The notes under the pieces: generated by a model
The model's input: the letters and a program-made list of their open reading frames with translations, nothing else
The model's database searches: none
Told to the model about the DNA's origin: nothing
Assembly: GCF_018350175.1 (NCBI RefSeq)
Contig: NC_058382.1
Location: 15,128,001 to 15,192,000, forward strand
DNA length: 64,000 nucleotides
From: Felis catus
Taxonomy: Eukaryota
Reading direction: 5' to 3'
In this document: positions 38,753 to 50,821 of the stretch, in pieces
How the letters are laid out: every line of letters begins with the position of its first letter
Numbering within the stretch: the stretch's first letter is position 1
Position numbers and translations under genes: made by a program

Positions 38753-39463
38753 TGAGGTGTGCCAGGGATGAAGTTTTGGGGTGACGGGGGGCTCGTGGGG
38801 TCCCGAGCCGACAGCCAAGAAAGAATTCTCGAAGAGGTCTTTGGTGCAAAAAGGTGATTTTATTAAAGCACGGGGACAGGACCCGTGGGCCGCTGCAGAT
38901 GGGGGGGGGGTGACTGTTTTACGGGGTGGGGGGCGGGTAGATAAAGTCAAGAGAGTTTCCAAAGAGGCTTTCACATGCTTACAGTCTTACTGGAGGCCTA
39001 CCTATTGTCAATCTAAGGCTATTTTTCCCTCTAGCAAAGCATTAACATTAAGACAGTAGGAAGTTCAGGGTCCCCTGGGTGGCTCAGTTGGTTAAGCAGC
39101 CAGGCTCAAGTCGTGATCTCCGTTCGTGAGTTCAAGCCCTGCACTGGGCTCTATGCTGACAGCTTAGAGCCTGGAGCCTGCTTTGGATTCTGTGTCTTCC
39201 TCCCCCATTCCCCCCCCCTCAAAAATAAACATTAAAAAAAAAAAACAAAAAAGGATTGTAAGGAATTCCTGGACTTTAGGCAGGATGGGATGGCCTGTTT
39301 CTTATAAACTGGTGGAGACTCTTCCCAGTTTAACCATTTGTTTTTTTTGTCCTTTCCTGTTTTTGGGTAGTGGAGAGTGTGCAAGGAATATCACGCATAT
39401 CCCCCCCCGGGGGGGGTGCTGTTAACCGGCACCTTGCCCTCAGCTTGCCCCACACCCCCTCAT
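38753..39463 (-). mobile_element. Carnivore ERV-type solo LTR with a nested SINE (about 39068-39250)
   Basis: TG...CA termini (TGAGG...CCTCA), TTTATT near 38858 (polyA signal on -). Family not determinable by eye. Confidence 0.5.
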
Positions 39464-39557
39464 CGCCTGGAACAGCTTCCTGGGTCGGGAAAGGAGGAAG
39501 CGTTCACGGCACCGGGGCTCCTTGGACAGCCCCATGAGTCCATGGGTCCATACTGAT

Positions 39558-39922
39558 GTGGTCTTACTCTGTCGGGGCTGCTATAACAAAAATCCCACCC
39601 ACCGGCGGCTTACAAACATCAAGAATTTATTTCTCGTGGTTCTGGAGGCTGGGAAGTCCACGATCACGGCGCCAGCATATCGGGTGTCTGGTGTGAACCT
39701 GATTCCTGGTTCATAGACGGATCCTTCTTGCTCTGTCCTCACATGGCTGCAGGGACAAAGGAGCTCTCTGGGGTCCCTTTAGAAGAACACCAACCCCTAC
39801 TCACCAGGGCTCGGCCTTCGTGACCTCATGTTCTCCCAAAGGCCCCATCTCCAAATACCATTCCCCTGGGGACGCGGTTTCACTAAGGGAATCTGGGGGC
39901 CACAAACATTCAGTCTATAGCA
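39558..39922 (-). mobile_element. MLT1A-type MaLR LTR
   Basis: GGGCTGCTATAACAAAA...AATTTATTTCTC..GTTCTGGAGGCTGGGAAGTCCA...CAAACATTCAGTCTATAGCA, typical reverse MLT1A/B. Confidence 0.8.
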
Positions 39923-41149
39923 GATGTGCAGGAGGAAACGATAAGAAATGATCAAAGTTTGCTGAAGAACGTGAGCTTTGCAAAATCTCCAGGCGCTTCC
40001 CACAAAATGCTTACTGATGACACAGGACAAATGGGTAACTTTACGGCGGGGAGGGGAAGCCGGGGAGGTTCCGCTAGTCACGTGATCCAAGACCACTCAC
40101 CAGCCACGGGACACGGGAGGGGCCAGGCAGCTGGAGGAGGCAGGCGCTGTCGCTTCTGTGGCTCTTCAGCCAACAGTGCCTAACCTGCAGCTGGCCATGA
40201 GGGGACATCCGCCTCCAAGCTTCTCAAGTGTCAAGGTCTTGAAACACAAAGGAAGACTGAGGAGCCATTTCAAACTGAAGGCCAAGGAACCCAAGAAAGC
40301 CTGCCGCCAAATCAAAGCCACGTTCTGATTTCTCCTCTTCCCCCCACCCCCCACCCTGGTCCTGAGGACCACCCTCTCCAAGCACCCTCCTCACCCATTC
40401 CCTCTGACACCATAGTGGAATCGCACCCCCTCATCCCCCTAGGGCCACCCAGATCCCCACCCACAAGAAGCAGTGTGGTCCCACCTGAAAGACTCTAACA
40501 GCCAATCCTTCAGGTAGGCAAAGGGAGAGGAAGGGAGGCAGGGAAGGGGAAGAGAGGAAGGGAGGGGAGGAGAGAAGAGAGGAGAGGAGTGGAGGGAAAG
40601 AGAGGGAAAGGGAGAGCAGGGGAAGGGAGGGGAATGGAAATGAGGAGAGTGGCCAGAGGGGATGGAGGGAAGGGAAGGAAAGGGGAGGGGAGGGGAGGGG
40701 AGAAGAAGGTAGGGGAGGGAGGGGGGAGGAGAAGGAAAGTGGGGGAAGAGAGGAGGGGAAGGTAGGGAGAGAAGGAAGGAGGGAGGGAGGGAGGAGGCAG
40801 AGGTGGAAGAGGAGGGAGCAAGTCCCTGCACTGCTAAATCCGGTGTGAAGTGAAAAATTACTTATGGCTTAGAAGAATTTATGGACAATGGAAACACTTA
40901 AAACGCAACACAAGCTAAAGTCCCACATGCGGCTGAAAATACGTAAGAGAGTTTAACGACCTCAGTTTATCAATGGAAGCAAGCAGGACAGAAAACGCTT
41001 CCCTCCGCCTGATGGGGTTGGGGAAATGTATTCTATCCAGAAATAGAAGTGTCAGTTACCAGTGGATCCACCGCTTAAGAAAGAGTCAGATTTGAGCAGT
41101 GTCTTTCTCCTCCTTGGAAGGTTCACTTACAAAAGCAAAGCGGCCCCGC

Positions 41150-41265
41150 GGGGCGCCTGGCTGGCTCCGTGAAGCTTGGGACCCCGGATCTCTGGGTGGG
41201 GAGTGCCAGCCCCACGCCGGGCGCGGAGATCACTTCAAAACCAAAATCTTTCCACAAAACAAAAC
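41150..41265 (+). mobile_element. Short older-type CanSINE in the right arm
   Basis: TSD AAAA(G/C)CAAAGCGGCCCC at 41131-41147 and 41266-41282. Confidence 0.8.
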
Positions 41266-43679
41266 AAAACCAAAGCGGCCCCCGGGCTGATGTTCACCGT
41301 GTACAAAACCGGCCCAAAGTCCCCAACACGCTGACCCTGGCAGAGGGCCTGGGGGTTTCAACGCCCACAAGCACGGTGGGTACACGGGGTGACTTTTCAG
41401 TCACCAGAGTTGTTCCCTGCAGGAGGGCGAAGGTCCGCAGACTCAGCCTGCTGGCCACCCCTCTCCACTCCCGGGACACATGACACGGTGGCCACGGGAC
41501 GCCCAGACTGGCAGCGCTGTCCCGGGCAGGGCGGGCGGAGGGGGGCTGGCTGTCTCTGGGGCTCGGGGAAACTCGGTGGGGGTGGGGGTTGCTCAGGTCC
41601 GGACGTTTCTGGAATCCCACCCTCATTCTGTTACAACCTGCGCGTCTTCGGAAGGCGAGGCATCGCTCGGGAAAAGGCACGAGGACTGAGACACAGGCAC
41701 GGTCACGACTCACTGGGAATGGAAACAGTGCTCCTGAAAGCATTTTTCCAGAACCGACGCAGAGACGATCCACACCAGAGAATGGGGCTCCGGCACGTGC
41801 GCGCGCGTGCCTGGCTTCTGAGAAACGAGCCCGCCATCAACTGACAACAGATCGACCGCTGACACTTGGGCCCACGGCGAAGTCACGGTCGAGTTTGGAC
41901 TTGCAGGTTGGCAGCGTGTGAAGACACATCCAGCCCCAAAGAAGACATCTGGGGAAGGACGAGTCGTTGGGCCCCAAGAGCACGTGGAGAGCGAGGCGGC
42001 CGAGGGGGACACCCCGAACCTGAGATCCGAGACAGGTGGAGCCCACGGTTCGATTCGGGACGCCGGCTCCCGGGTGTGGGTGCCCCGGCCTCAGGCCCCA
42101 TGTCCTCTCTACCGCAAGTCCTGGTGACCAGCCCTGCCCCCCCCCCGGCCCCCCCGCTCCCCCCCCCCCCGCCCATCCCCGGGCTGCTTCCCTGCTGTGG
42201 GACCTTGGCTGAGAGGGTGCCCCACTCTCTGCCTCCCTCTTCTCCTCTGAACACTGGGTGCTTGCAGACACCCCCACCCACCTCGCAGCTGTCCGGCCTC
42301 CCTGTCTGAGGTCCTGGCCCCCAAACTGCGCCGCCCCCTGCCACCCCCGGGGTGCCTCACGTGGTGTGGGGATGGAGAGAGTCTGGGAGGCCTGGGGGGC
42401 AGTCAGGTGGCAGATCAGGTTCTGAGTCTGGTTGTCTCCACCCAGAGTTTCCATTCTGGTCTCTGCCCCAGGCCTCTTCCCCCTGGAGGGTGGGGGGTGG
42501 GGGGCAGGAGTGGAGGCTGGGAGGGGGTGGTGGGGGTGGACAGGAGGCCTGCTGGGCTGCTGGGAGGGGGTTCTGCTCAGGTGGCTGCCCCACCCTGCCT
42601 CTTCCCTACCTTCCAGAACCTTCTTTCAGCATTCTCCCTCTGACCCCACCCTTCCCATCCTGGATTCTTCTTCTGGAATCTTGGACTATGGCATCTTGGG
42701 CTGTGGGCCTGAGTGGAGGATCCCACGTCGCTGCTCCCGGGTCAGGGCGCGGCTGGGTCCCAGGACGGCCCCCCTCTGCCTCCCCTGACCCGAACCTGGC
42801 TGGGAGAGCGGGAGCCATTCTGGGAGGAGGAAGGAGACATGGCGTTGAGGAAGAGAAGCAGACAGGGCCACCCGGGAGGGAGGGAGAGTCGGAGCCAGAG
42901 GGCCAGGGAGAGACACCAGGGCATTCCCAGGGACAGAAGAAACAAGGCGGAACCCGCCAGAGTTGAAGAAGGGCAGAGAGACACTCACCCAGGGATTGCC
43001 CGGCCGTGCGCCTTCGGGCAAACGGCCTCCCGTGTCTGAGCCTCGGTTTCCTGGTCTGTGAAGTGGGGGCGAGTGATCCCCTTCCCCGCTCGCTCGGCTA
43101 GCGGTGAGCGCTCAGGGAGGTCCTGTGTGTGCCAGGCGCCCAGGACCTCAGACCAGGCGCTGGTGTCATTCCTTATTCGTCTTTCAGGCGCACTTGAGGA
43201 GCCCAGACCGTGTACCAGCCGCTGCTCTAGGCCCCGGGAGACGCGGCTCATCAGGCACACGTCCTGCCCCCCGGAGCCCCGCGGGCACAGTGTTGTCCTT
43301 GCCGGGGTCACCGTCACGCGAGGGAGCGTGAGCTGGAATTTCGGTAGACGCGTCCTCAGCCCAAGGCGCAGGTCCCAGCCTGGGAGAGAGGGGCCCCCGC
43401 TTCCAGCCCCGGGTGGGCCTCTCGGGGCTCCAGATGTCCAAGATAAGATGGGCAAAGACCCTTTCCCCTGTGCCAAGCGGCAGGGACATGGCCGGGATGG
43501 ATGGTGGCCCCCTGGGTGCCCTCTGTCCTTGGCGGTTCGTCCTTAACTGTCTTCAGGATTCTTAGCTCAACGGAGGGGGCGGGCGGTGGACTGGGAACCC
43601 TCAGTGAGTGGAGGGAAGTCCCGGGCCCAGCAAGAAGGTGCTGGGCCGCTGGGTGGCCCCAGGGCCAGGGTCTGTGCCA

Positions 43680-43760
43680 GGTGTGGGCGGCGGGTGTGGA
43701 AATGGCTGGGGGTGAGTCAGCGGGGCCGCCACGCCCTGCTTCTGCTTCTACTTAAGGTCC
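43680..43760 (+). promoter_or_regulatory. Galectin-7 promoter (KLF CACCC boxes, AP-1, TATA-like); mirrored at about 33203-33283 on the - strand
   Basis: GGGTGTGG at 43692-43699, TGAGTCA at 43713-43719, TACTTAAGG at 43749-43757, 50-115 nt upstream of the ATG; identical inverted copy in the left arm. Confidence 0.6.
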
Positions 43761-43806
43761 CAGCAGCCATACCCACCGCCACGCCTGTCGCCCCAGCGTC
43801 CCAGCC

Positions 43807-45951
43807 ATGGCGGGAAGCTCTGTGAGTGCCTTCGGGGGGCGTCGGGGCCCGGGGGGCTTGGACCCAAGGCGGCACCAGACTCAGGGAGGGGCTGGGCCTG
43901 GCTGAGGTGTCCCGCCGGGAAGGACAAAGTGGGTGCCAGGGTGTGCTACCAAGGGTCTGGGCTGTGGCTCCCGGGTGGACCCAACCCATCCCCACGCTCC
44001 CATCTGCCTCTCTGGAGTCTCCCTTTCTCCGTTGATCCCTCGTGGTTGGCTCTCCCACTCTTGGTCTGGCTCTGGCTCTCTCTCCTTGGTCTCTGGGCCT
44101 TTTCTTCTCACGGATTCTGCCGATCTGGGTCCCGGATGCTTTCTGCCTGGGGCCGACCCACGTGTGTCTCTCGTCCGCGCCCCCGGTTCCCTGGGACTCC
44201 CCGCCGCTGAACCCGCAGAACGTGCCCCACAAGACGTCGCTGCCCGAGGGCATCCGGGTGGGCACCGTGATGAGGATTCGCGGCGTCGTCCCGGAAAAGG
44301 CCGGCAGGTGAGACCCCAGGCCCCAGAGGTAAGGCTGGGAGGTGTCCAGGCTCAGCTGGCTCGGACTTCTTGCAGCCCAGACACGAGGGCACCAGAGCCA
44401 CCTTGGCCCACAGGGTCTTAGACTCCCCGGGCCATCGCTGACCTTCTGGAATCTGAAGTCTTCACTTACTTGTCCCGTGACTGTGTAGCTGGGGTCCCTA
44501 CGTCTCCCTAGGGATCTGGGGCTTCCACAGCCATCCCAGGGCTCCCATCTAGAGTCCTGTGGCTCCCAGTCTGAATGCCAGGAACCCTGGAAAGAAGTCC
44601 CGCGGCCTGGAGGTGCCCTGGGCACCTGGGAGGCCGAAGCGGTCGGTCGTAGGACTTCCGGGTCTGGGAAGGGCAGGCTTGCTGGGAATCTGCGGTGCCT
44701 GCACACGTGCGGGCCCGTGGTGCTGTGCCCAGCCCTCTGGCAAGGGGGATGCCCTAGGAACAGAGAGCACCCTGGCCATCGGCATCGTGACTCCACGGCA
44801 AACGTTAGAGGCTCTGGAAATGAGGGGCACCCGGGGCCGTAGCATAGTGACCCTCGCTAGGTGCATGCGGGTCCAGGGTCCCTGGAGCTTTTGGACGCCC
44901 TGGAGGGCGGGTCCCTGGCCAGCAGCCCACAACCCTTCCCCGTGTGGCGTGGGACGTTCTCCGGTGCCTATGAATTGGAACGGCCTGGCGGTGGGGAGTC
45001 CTGACCATTGGTCCCTGATCTTGGTAGGGTGCTTCTTGGCCTGTGCCCTTTATCCTCTCCTCCCTGCCCCCACTACCAGGTTCTATGTGAACCTGCTGTG
45101 CGGCGAGGGGCCTGGCGGGGAGGCTGCCCTCCATTTCAACCCGCGGCTGGACGAGTCCACGGTGGTCTTCAACAGCCTGGAGCAGGGCACCTGGGGCCGG
45201 GAGGAGCGCGGCTCAGGCATTCCCTTCCAGCATGGGCAGCCCTTCGACGTGCTCCTCATCGCCACCGAAGAAGGGTTCAAGGTGAGTCCCTGCCACCCAC
45301 AGGCGCGGGCGCCCAGACCCCCGCCCCGCCTGCAGTCCAGGCAAGCCAGGAAGGCTCTTGGTGGAGGTGGGGAGCAAAGGCCCGGCCAAGGCGGGGCCCA
45401 CGTTCGGTCCGTCCCTCTTCTTCTTCCCCTGGCGCAACCCCACGTGTGCCCGAAGGCAGGGGTGTGGCCGGGGCAGGGACCGGGCGGCAAGGACCCAGCG
45501 CCCAGAGGGTGGGTGGCCCCTAGCGGGAAGCGCTAGGTGTCCCGGAGCAGGGGCCAGGATGGCCGGGCGACTGGGCCGGGACGCGCGTGTCCGCGGGGAG
45601 TGGTCGCTGCGCGGCGTCCAGCACCCAGGCCCTTCCCCACGTTCAGTGCGAGCGGCCGGAGGGAGGCCGTGGACGCCGCCGGCGGGGCCGTAACAGCCAC
45701 CGCCTTAAGCGCGCGTCCGCGCCAGACAGGTGGCCCAGGTGAGGACCACGACAAGAGGTACGGCCATCGGGGCCCCATCTCGCGCCCGGGGACTCGGGGC
45801 CCCGCGGCCCCTGACGCCCCGCCCCCTCGGCCCGCAGGCGGTGGTCGGCGACTCGGAGTACCACCACTTCCGCTACCGGATCCCGCCGGCGCGCGTGCGC
45901 CTCCTGGAGGTGGGCGGGGACCTGCAGCTGCAGTCGGTGAAGATCTTCTGA
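43807..45951 (+). CDS. LGALS7: Galectin-7, CAPN12-proximal copy (syntenic position of human LGALS7), 4 exons, 139 aa
   Basis: Exons 43807-43821, 44219-44307, 45080-45281, 45838-45951 (420 nt). Protein identical to the minus-strand copy; galectin signature H-x-N-P-R...N...W..E.R intact; AATAAA at 46013-46018. Confidence 0.96.
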
Positions 45952-48547
45952 GCCTCCGGGCGGGCGGCGGGGTCGGGGGTCGGGGGTCCGGGGTCCCGGG
46001 CGCGGCAGGGCAAATAAAGTTTCAGTCCGCGTGTGTGCGCCCCGTCTGTGCCCGGGTGTCCTTCGTCTGGACGCGGAGAGCAGGTTCAGAGCGGGGAAGA
46101 CGCTGACGAAGGGTCACAGCGATGCCGCGGCGGGGGCGGGAGTGGGGCCCCGCGGCCTCGGAGGGCAGTCTGTGGCCGGGACGCCTCCGGAGGGTCGCGA
46201 TCGGGTGGGGGTGGGCGTTGGCTGGTGTCCAGCGGCGCTTTTCCGGGCGGCCCGGCCCGGCGGTCGTGCGGTGGGGACAGCTGATGGGGATTTGGAGCGG
46301 GCTCAAGCTCCCCTCGGTGCCCCCTCTGCGGAACATCGGAGCTCCGAGCCGCTGCGTCTGCAAACGGGCGAACGAGTCCCCGCACGTCTGGTCCCTGAGA
46401 CCCGAAATGGTGGAGACGGTGCCTGGGCCTGTGCGGGCTCCCGCGCCGCTACCCCCCTCCGTCTCACCTCTACCCCGGCTCTCCCGCCTGGAGTGCGGGG
46501 AGCGGGCCTGGGCGGGGTGGGCGGGGCAGCGGATGGGGCGTCGCCGGCCTCCCAGCTGTGGCGGAGTGGGGACAGGCTCCCGCCCGTGTCCCCGGGGCAG
46601 ACGCGCACTGAACCGGCAACTCCTGGAGGAGCTGCGTGGGGACGAGTGGGGGGTGTGGCGCGGTGCGAAGGCAGGGGGACACCACAACCGGGCCTCACGG
46701 GCCCCACATCCACTCTTCTCCACCTGTGCTCACAGATGGCCCCGGGCCCTGGCCCTGCGGTGTGACAACTAGGGTGTCTGAGTAGTGGGCGCTCACGCAG
46801 ACGCCCAGTCAACCCCCACTGCCAGGCGATTTTCTAGTCGAAGGTGACTACTCATCACTTAATGGCTATGGGTGGAGGGAAGTCGTGACTCCTCGATGCG
46901 ACAGTCGCCAGGCTGGGTCCGTTATTATGAGATGGAGACCCGGCGCGCTGGCTGGTCCCCCACTGCGGCTGGGGCTCGGGTCCGGGTCTGGGCAAGTCTG
47001 GAGCCACGCCCCTGGAGGGTTTTGCCCGTAGTTTCCCGCCCGGCTTCCTTGCGAGGTACACGTCGCCTCCTTGCGGCCTCTGTCGAAGTTGCCACGCTGG
47101 CAGTGGGTACTGGAGGTAGGATTACCCTGGTTTCGTCTGAGGATGCAAAACTTTGTGGGGCTTCCAAATCTGGGCGAATTCGAGTCCTTTCAGCATCTGA
47201 ACTTTTTCTGTACTTGAGATCTTCCACCTGCAGCAGCCCCTCTTCCTCCTGGGTCCTTCTTTGTATATTTTGGGTGGTTCTTCCTCTCCCAGTGGGAGAC
47301 CTGAGAATATCTACAGCCATTGGTACACCAGGGCTGTCTGTTAAATGAACTAATTTTGATTTTATTTGTCTGTGTCGTGTAATTTTGGAACGTTTAAGAA
47401 TTTTTTGAGGGAGCCTGGGTGGCTCCATGGCTTAAACGAGGGACTTTGGGACTTCGGCTCAGTTCATGATCTCCTGGTTCCTGGGTTAAAGCCCCGCATC
47501 ACGCTCTATGCTGACAGCTCAGAGCCTGGAGCTGCTTCGGATTCTGTGTCTCCCTCTCTCTCTGCCCCTCTCCCGCTCCCGCTCTGTCTCTCTCTCAAAA
47601 ATAAACGAGGATTAAAATTAAAAAAAAAAAAAAAACAGAAAGAAAAAAAGGAAATTTGGGTACCAACCCGTATGGGACAAATTTCAAAAAGTATAGTGAA
47701 AAAGTAAGACATTGTTGGCACGACTGGTAAACTAGGTTGGATGATGGTGATTCATCCGTGTTAATTTCCTGATTTTCACTTTTTTTTTTAATGTTTATTT
47801 ATTTCTCAGAGAGAGAGAGAGACAGAAAATGAGCAGGGGAGGGGCAGAGAGAAAGAGAGAGACAGAGGGAGACAATCTGAAACAGGCTCCAGGCTCTGGG
47901 CTGCCAGCACAAATTCTGACACCGGGCTTGAACTTGGGAATGGCGAGATCATGACCTAGGCCGAAGTCGGGCGCTCAACCAACTGAGCCACCCAGGCCCC
48001 CCCCCCGCCCCCCCGCGGTTTTCATTTCCATCTTGCCTTGTGCATAGTGGAGAATGTTCGTGTCTATACAAAGTATCATTACATATTATAGTATTTGGAG
48101 GTGAAAACGCAGCATGTTGGCAATCTATTCTCAGGAAAAAATTGAGGTTTGTGCTGTACTTAGAAACTTTTGCCATTTCAGGGGCACCTGGGTGGCTCAG
48201 TCAGTTAAGCGTCCGACTTCGGCCAGGTCATGATCTCACGGTTCGTGAGTTCAAGCCCCGCGTCAGGCTCTGTGCTGGCAGCTCAGAGCCTGGAGCCTGT
48301 TTTGGATTCTGTGTCTCCCTCTCTCTCTCTGCCCCTCCCCAGCTTGTACTCTTTCTCTCTCTCTCAAAAATAAAAAGAAAAGAAAATAATTTTTTTTAAA
48401 GTTTGCCAGTTCAAATATGTGTATATATTTAATATATAGACCATTTGATTTAATTTGTGTGTATGTTGTGAAGTAGGGGCCCAACTTCATTCTTCTGCAC
48501 ATGGATTCCCAGTTGAAAAGACTATTCTTTCATCATTGTATTGTCTT

Positions 48548-48959
48548 TTTTTTTTTTTCCAACGTTTATTCATTTTTGGGACAGAGAGAGACAGAGCATG
48601 AACAGGCGAGGGGCAGAGAGAGAGGGAGACACAGAATCGGAAACAGGCTCCAGGCTCCGAGCCATCAGCCCAGAGCCCCACACGGGGCTCGAACTCACGG
48701 ACCGCGAGATCGTGACCTGGCTGAAGTCGGACGCTTAACCGACTGCGCCACCCAGGCGCCCCATATTTATTTTTGAGACAGAGAGAGACAGAGCATGAAC
48801 AGGGGAGGGCCAGAGAGAGAGGGAGACACAGAATCGGAAACAGGCTCCAGGCTCCGAGCCATCAGCCCAGAGCCCGACGCGGAGCTCGAACTCACGGACC
48901 GCGAGATCATGACCTGGCCGAAGTCGGACGCTTAACCCACTGCACCACCCAGGCGCCCC
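48548..48959 (-). mobile_element. Two tandem SINEC_Fc copies enclosed by one TSD pair
   Basis: TCATCATTGTATTGTCTT at 48530-48547 and 48960-48977. Confidence 0.85.
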
Positions 48960-50273
48960 TCATCATTGTATTGTCTTGACGCACTTCTCAATATTTGATC
49001 ATAGATGTATGTGTTTTTTTTTTTCTGGAACTTCAAATCTATTCCATTTATCTACACGTCTGTCCTTATCCTAATAATACCATCTTGATTAGTGTGATTT
49101 GAGTCCTTTAACTTTGTTCTTTTTCAGACTTGTGTTAATATCGAGTCCCTTGCTTTTCCGTACAAACTTTATCTTTTTAACGTTTATTTATTTGTAAGAG
49201 AGCACAAGCGAGAAAAGGGCAGAGAGAGGGGGAGAGAGGATCTGAAGAGGGATCCACCGCTGACAGCAGCCTGATGTGGGGCTTGAACTCATGAACCGCG
49301 AGATCACGACCTGAGCCGATCGATGTCAGACGCTCGACCAGTTGAGCCAGCAGGTGCCCCTTTCCGGATAAACTTCAGAATTTCCTTGTCAGTTTCTGAA
49401 AAACAAAATCAGCTGTGATTTTGANNNNNNNNNNNNNNNNNNNNNNNNNNNNNNNNNNNNNNNNNNNNNNNNNNNNNNNNNNNNNNNNNNNNNNNNNNNN
49501 NNNNNNNNNNNNNNNNNNNNNNNNNNNNNNNNNNNNNNNNNNNNNNNNNNNNNNNNGGATACAACAGTGCCTGAATCCATTTTATTGTTTCTCTGATTCT
49601 CTAATTCACTTACATTTACTTTTGTGTTTATTATTTCTTCCACTCACTTTGTTGTATTAAAAACTTCTATAGGGGCGCCTGGGTGGCGCAGTCGGTTAAG
49701 CGTCCGACTTCAGCCAGGTCACGATCTCGCGGTCCGTGAGTTCGAGCCCCGCGTCGGCTCTGGGCTGATGGCTCGGAGCCTGGAGCCTGTTTCCGATTCT
49801 GTGTCTCCCTCTCTCTCTGCCCCTCCCCCATTCATGCTCTGTCTCTCTCTGTCCCAAAAATAAATAAACGTTGAAAAAAAAAATTAAAAAAAAAACACTT
49901 CTATATACTTAGTTTACTGTGTCATTCTTTCTTATTTAATAACAACATAATTTAATTCTATTAACATAGCTCTGATAATATATTCTATGCATTATAATTA
50001 TACACATTTTTATTTTTTTTATTTATTAAAAAAAATTTTTAACGTTTTATTCATTTTTGAGACAGAGAGAGACAGAGCATGAACGGGGGAGGGTCAGAGA
50101 GAGGGAGACACAGAATCTGAAACAGGCTCCAGGCTCTGAGCTGTCAGCACAGAGCCCGACGCAGGGCTCGAACTCACGGACCGCGAGATCATGACCTGAG
50201 CCGAAGTCGGACGCTTAACCGACTGAGCCACCCAGGCGCCCCTATATGCATTTTTAAAAATATTTTTCATTTA

Positions 50274-50309
<36 letters not shown>

Positions 50310-50444
50310 AAGTGGGGGAGGGGCAGAGAGGGAGGAGACACAGAATTCGAAGCAGGCTCCAGGCTCTGACCTGTCAGCACAGAGCCTGATGCGAGGATCC
50401 CACTCACGAACTGTGAGATCATGACCTGAGCTAGGTCATGGACA

Positions 50445-50821
50445 GAGCTAGGAGGCTGGGGCTTCAGGCTGCTACATCTCTCCGCTGTGTCCCTCACTGG
50501 ATGTGCCCTCAGTCACAGAGAACGGCCTCACCCAAGGTCATGCCCCTCCCAGCGGCTGATCCCTGCCAGTGACTGGATGGTCCTGGGAGATAAAACGGGT
50601 CCTGATCCCATTGCTTCAACGGGGGACAAGCAGTAGAGTGGCCACCCCGGCTCCAAGTCTCCTCCTAGCATTGTCTGAGGCTTATCTCAACCAAGTCGTC
50701 CCTCAGCCCAATCCTGCCCTCCTCACTTCCTGTTGGGGGTATTGCCTCAGGGTCCACAAGAGCCCTTTTACAGGCAGTTCTTTGTCTCTGGGTCCGCTTC
50801 TAAGGAACTCAACCTAAGACA
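50445..50821. mobile_element. LTR16-like ERVL LTR relic
   Basis: Ends GGAACTCAACCTAAGACA; internal CCCAATCCTGCC.TCCTCACTTCC typical of the LTR16 family as recalled. Confidence 0.55.

Larger units (their letters stand above)
40920..46430. repeat. Right arm (near-identical core) of the inverted segmental duplication
   Basis: Reverse complement of about 30530-36040, separated by a ~4.9 kb spacer. Confidence 0.97.

Noticed and set aside
30530-46430. The inverted duplication as a pure assembly artefact
   Set aside because: The arms carry scattered differences, grade into diverged homologous flanks, have no gaps at the junctions, and match the known human LGALS7/LGALS7B arrangement. Exact identity could still be inflated by polishing.
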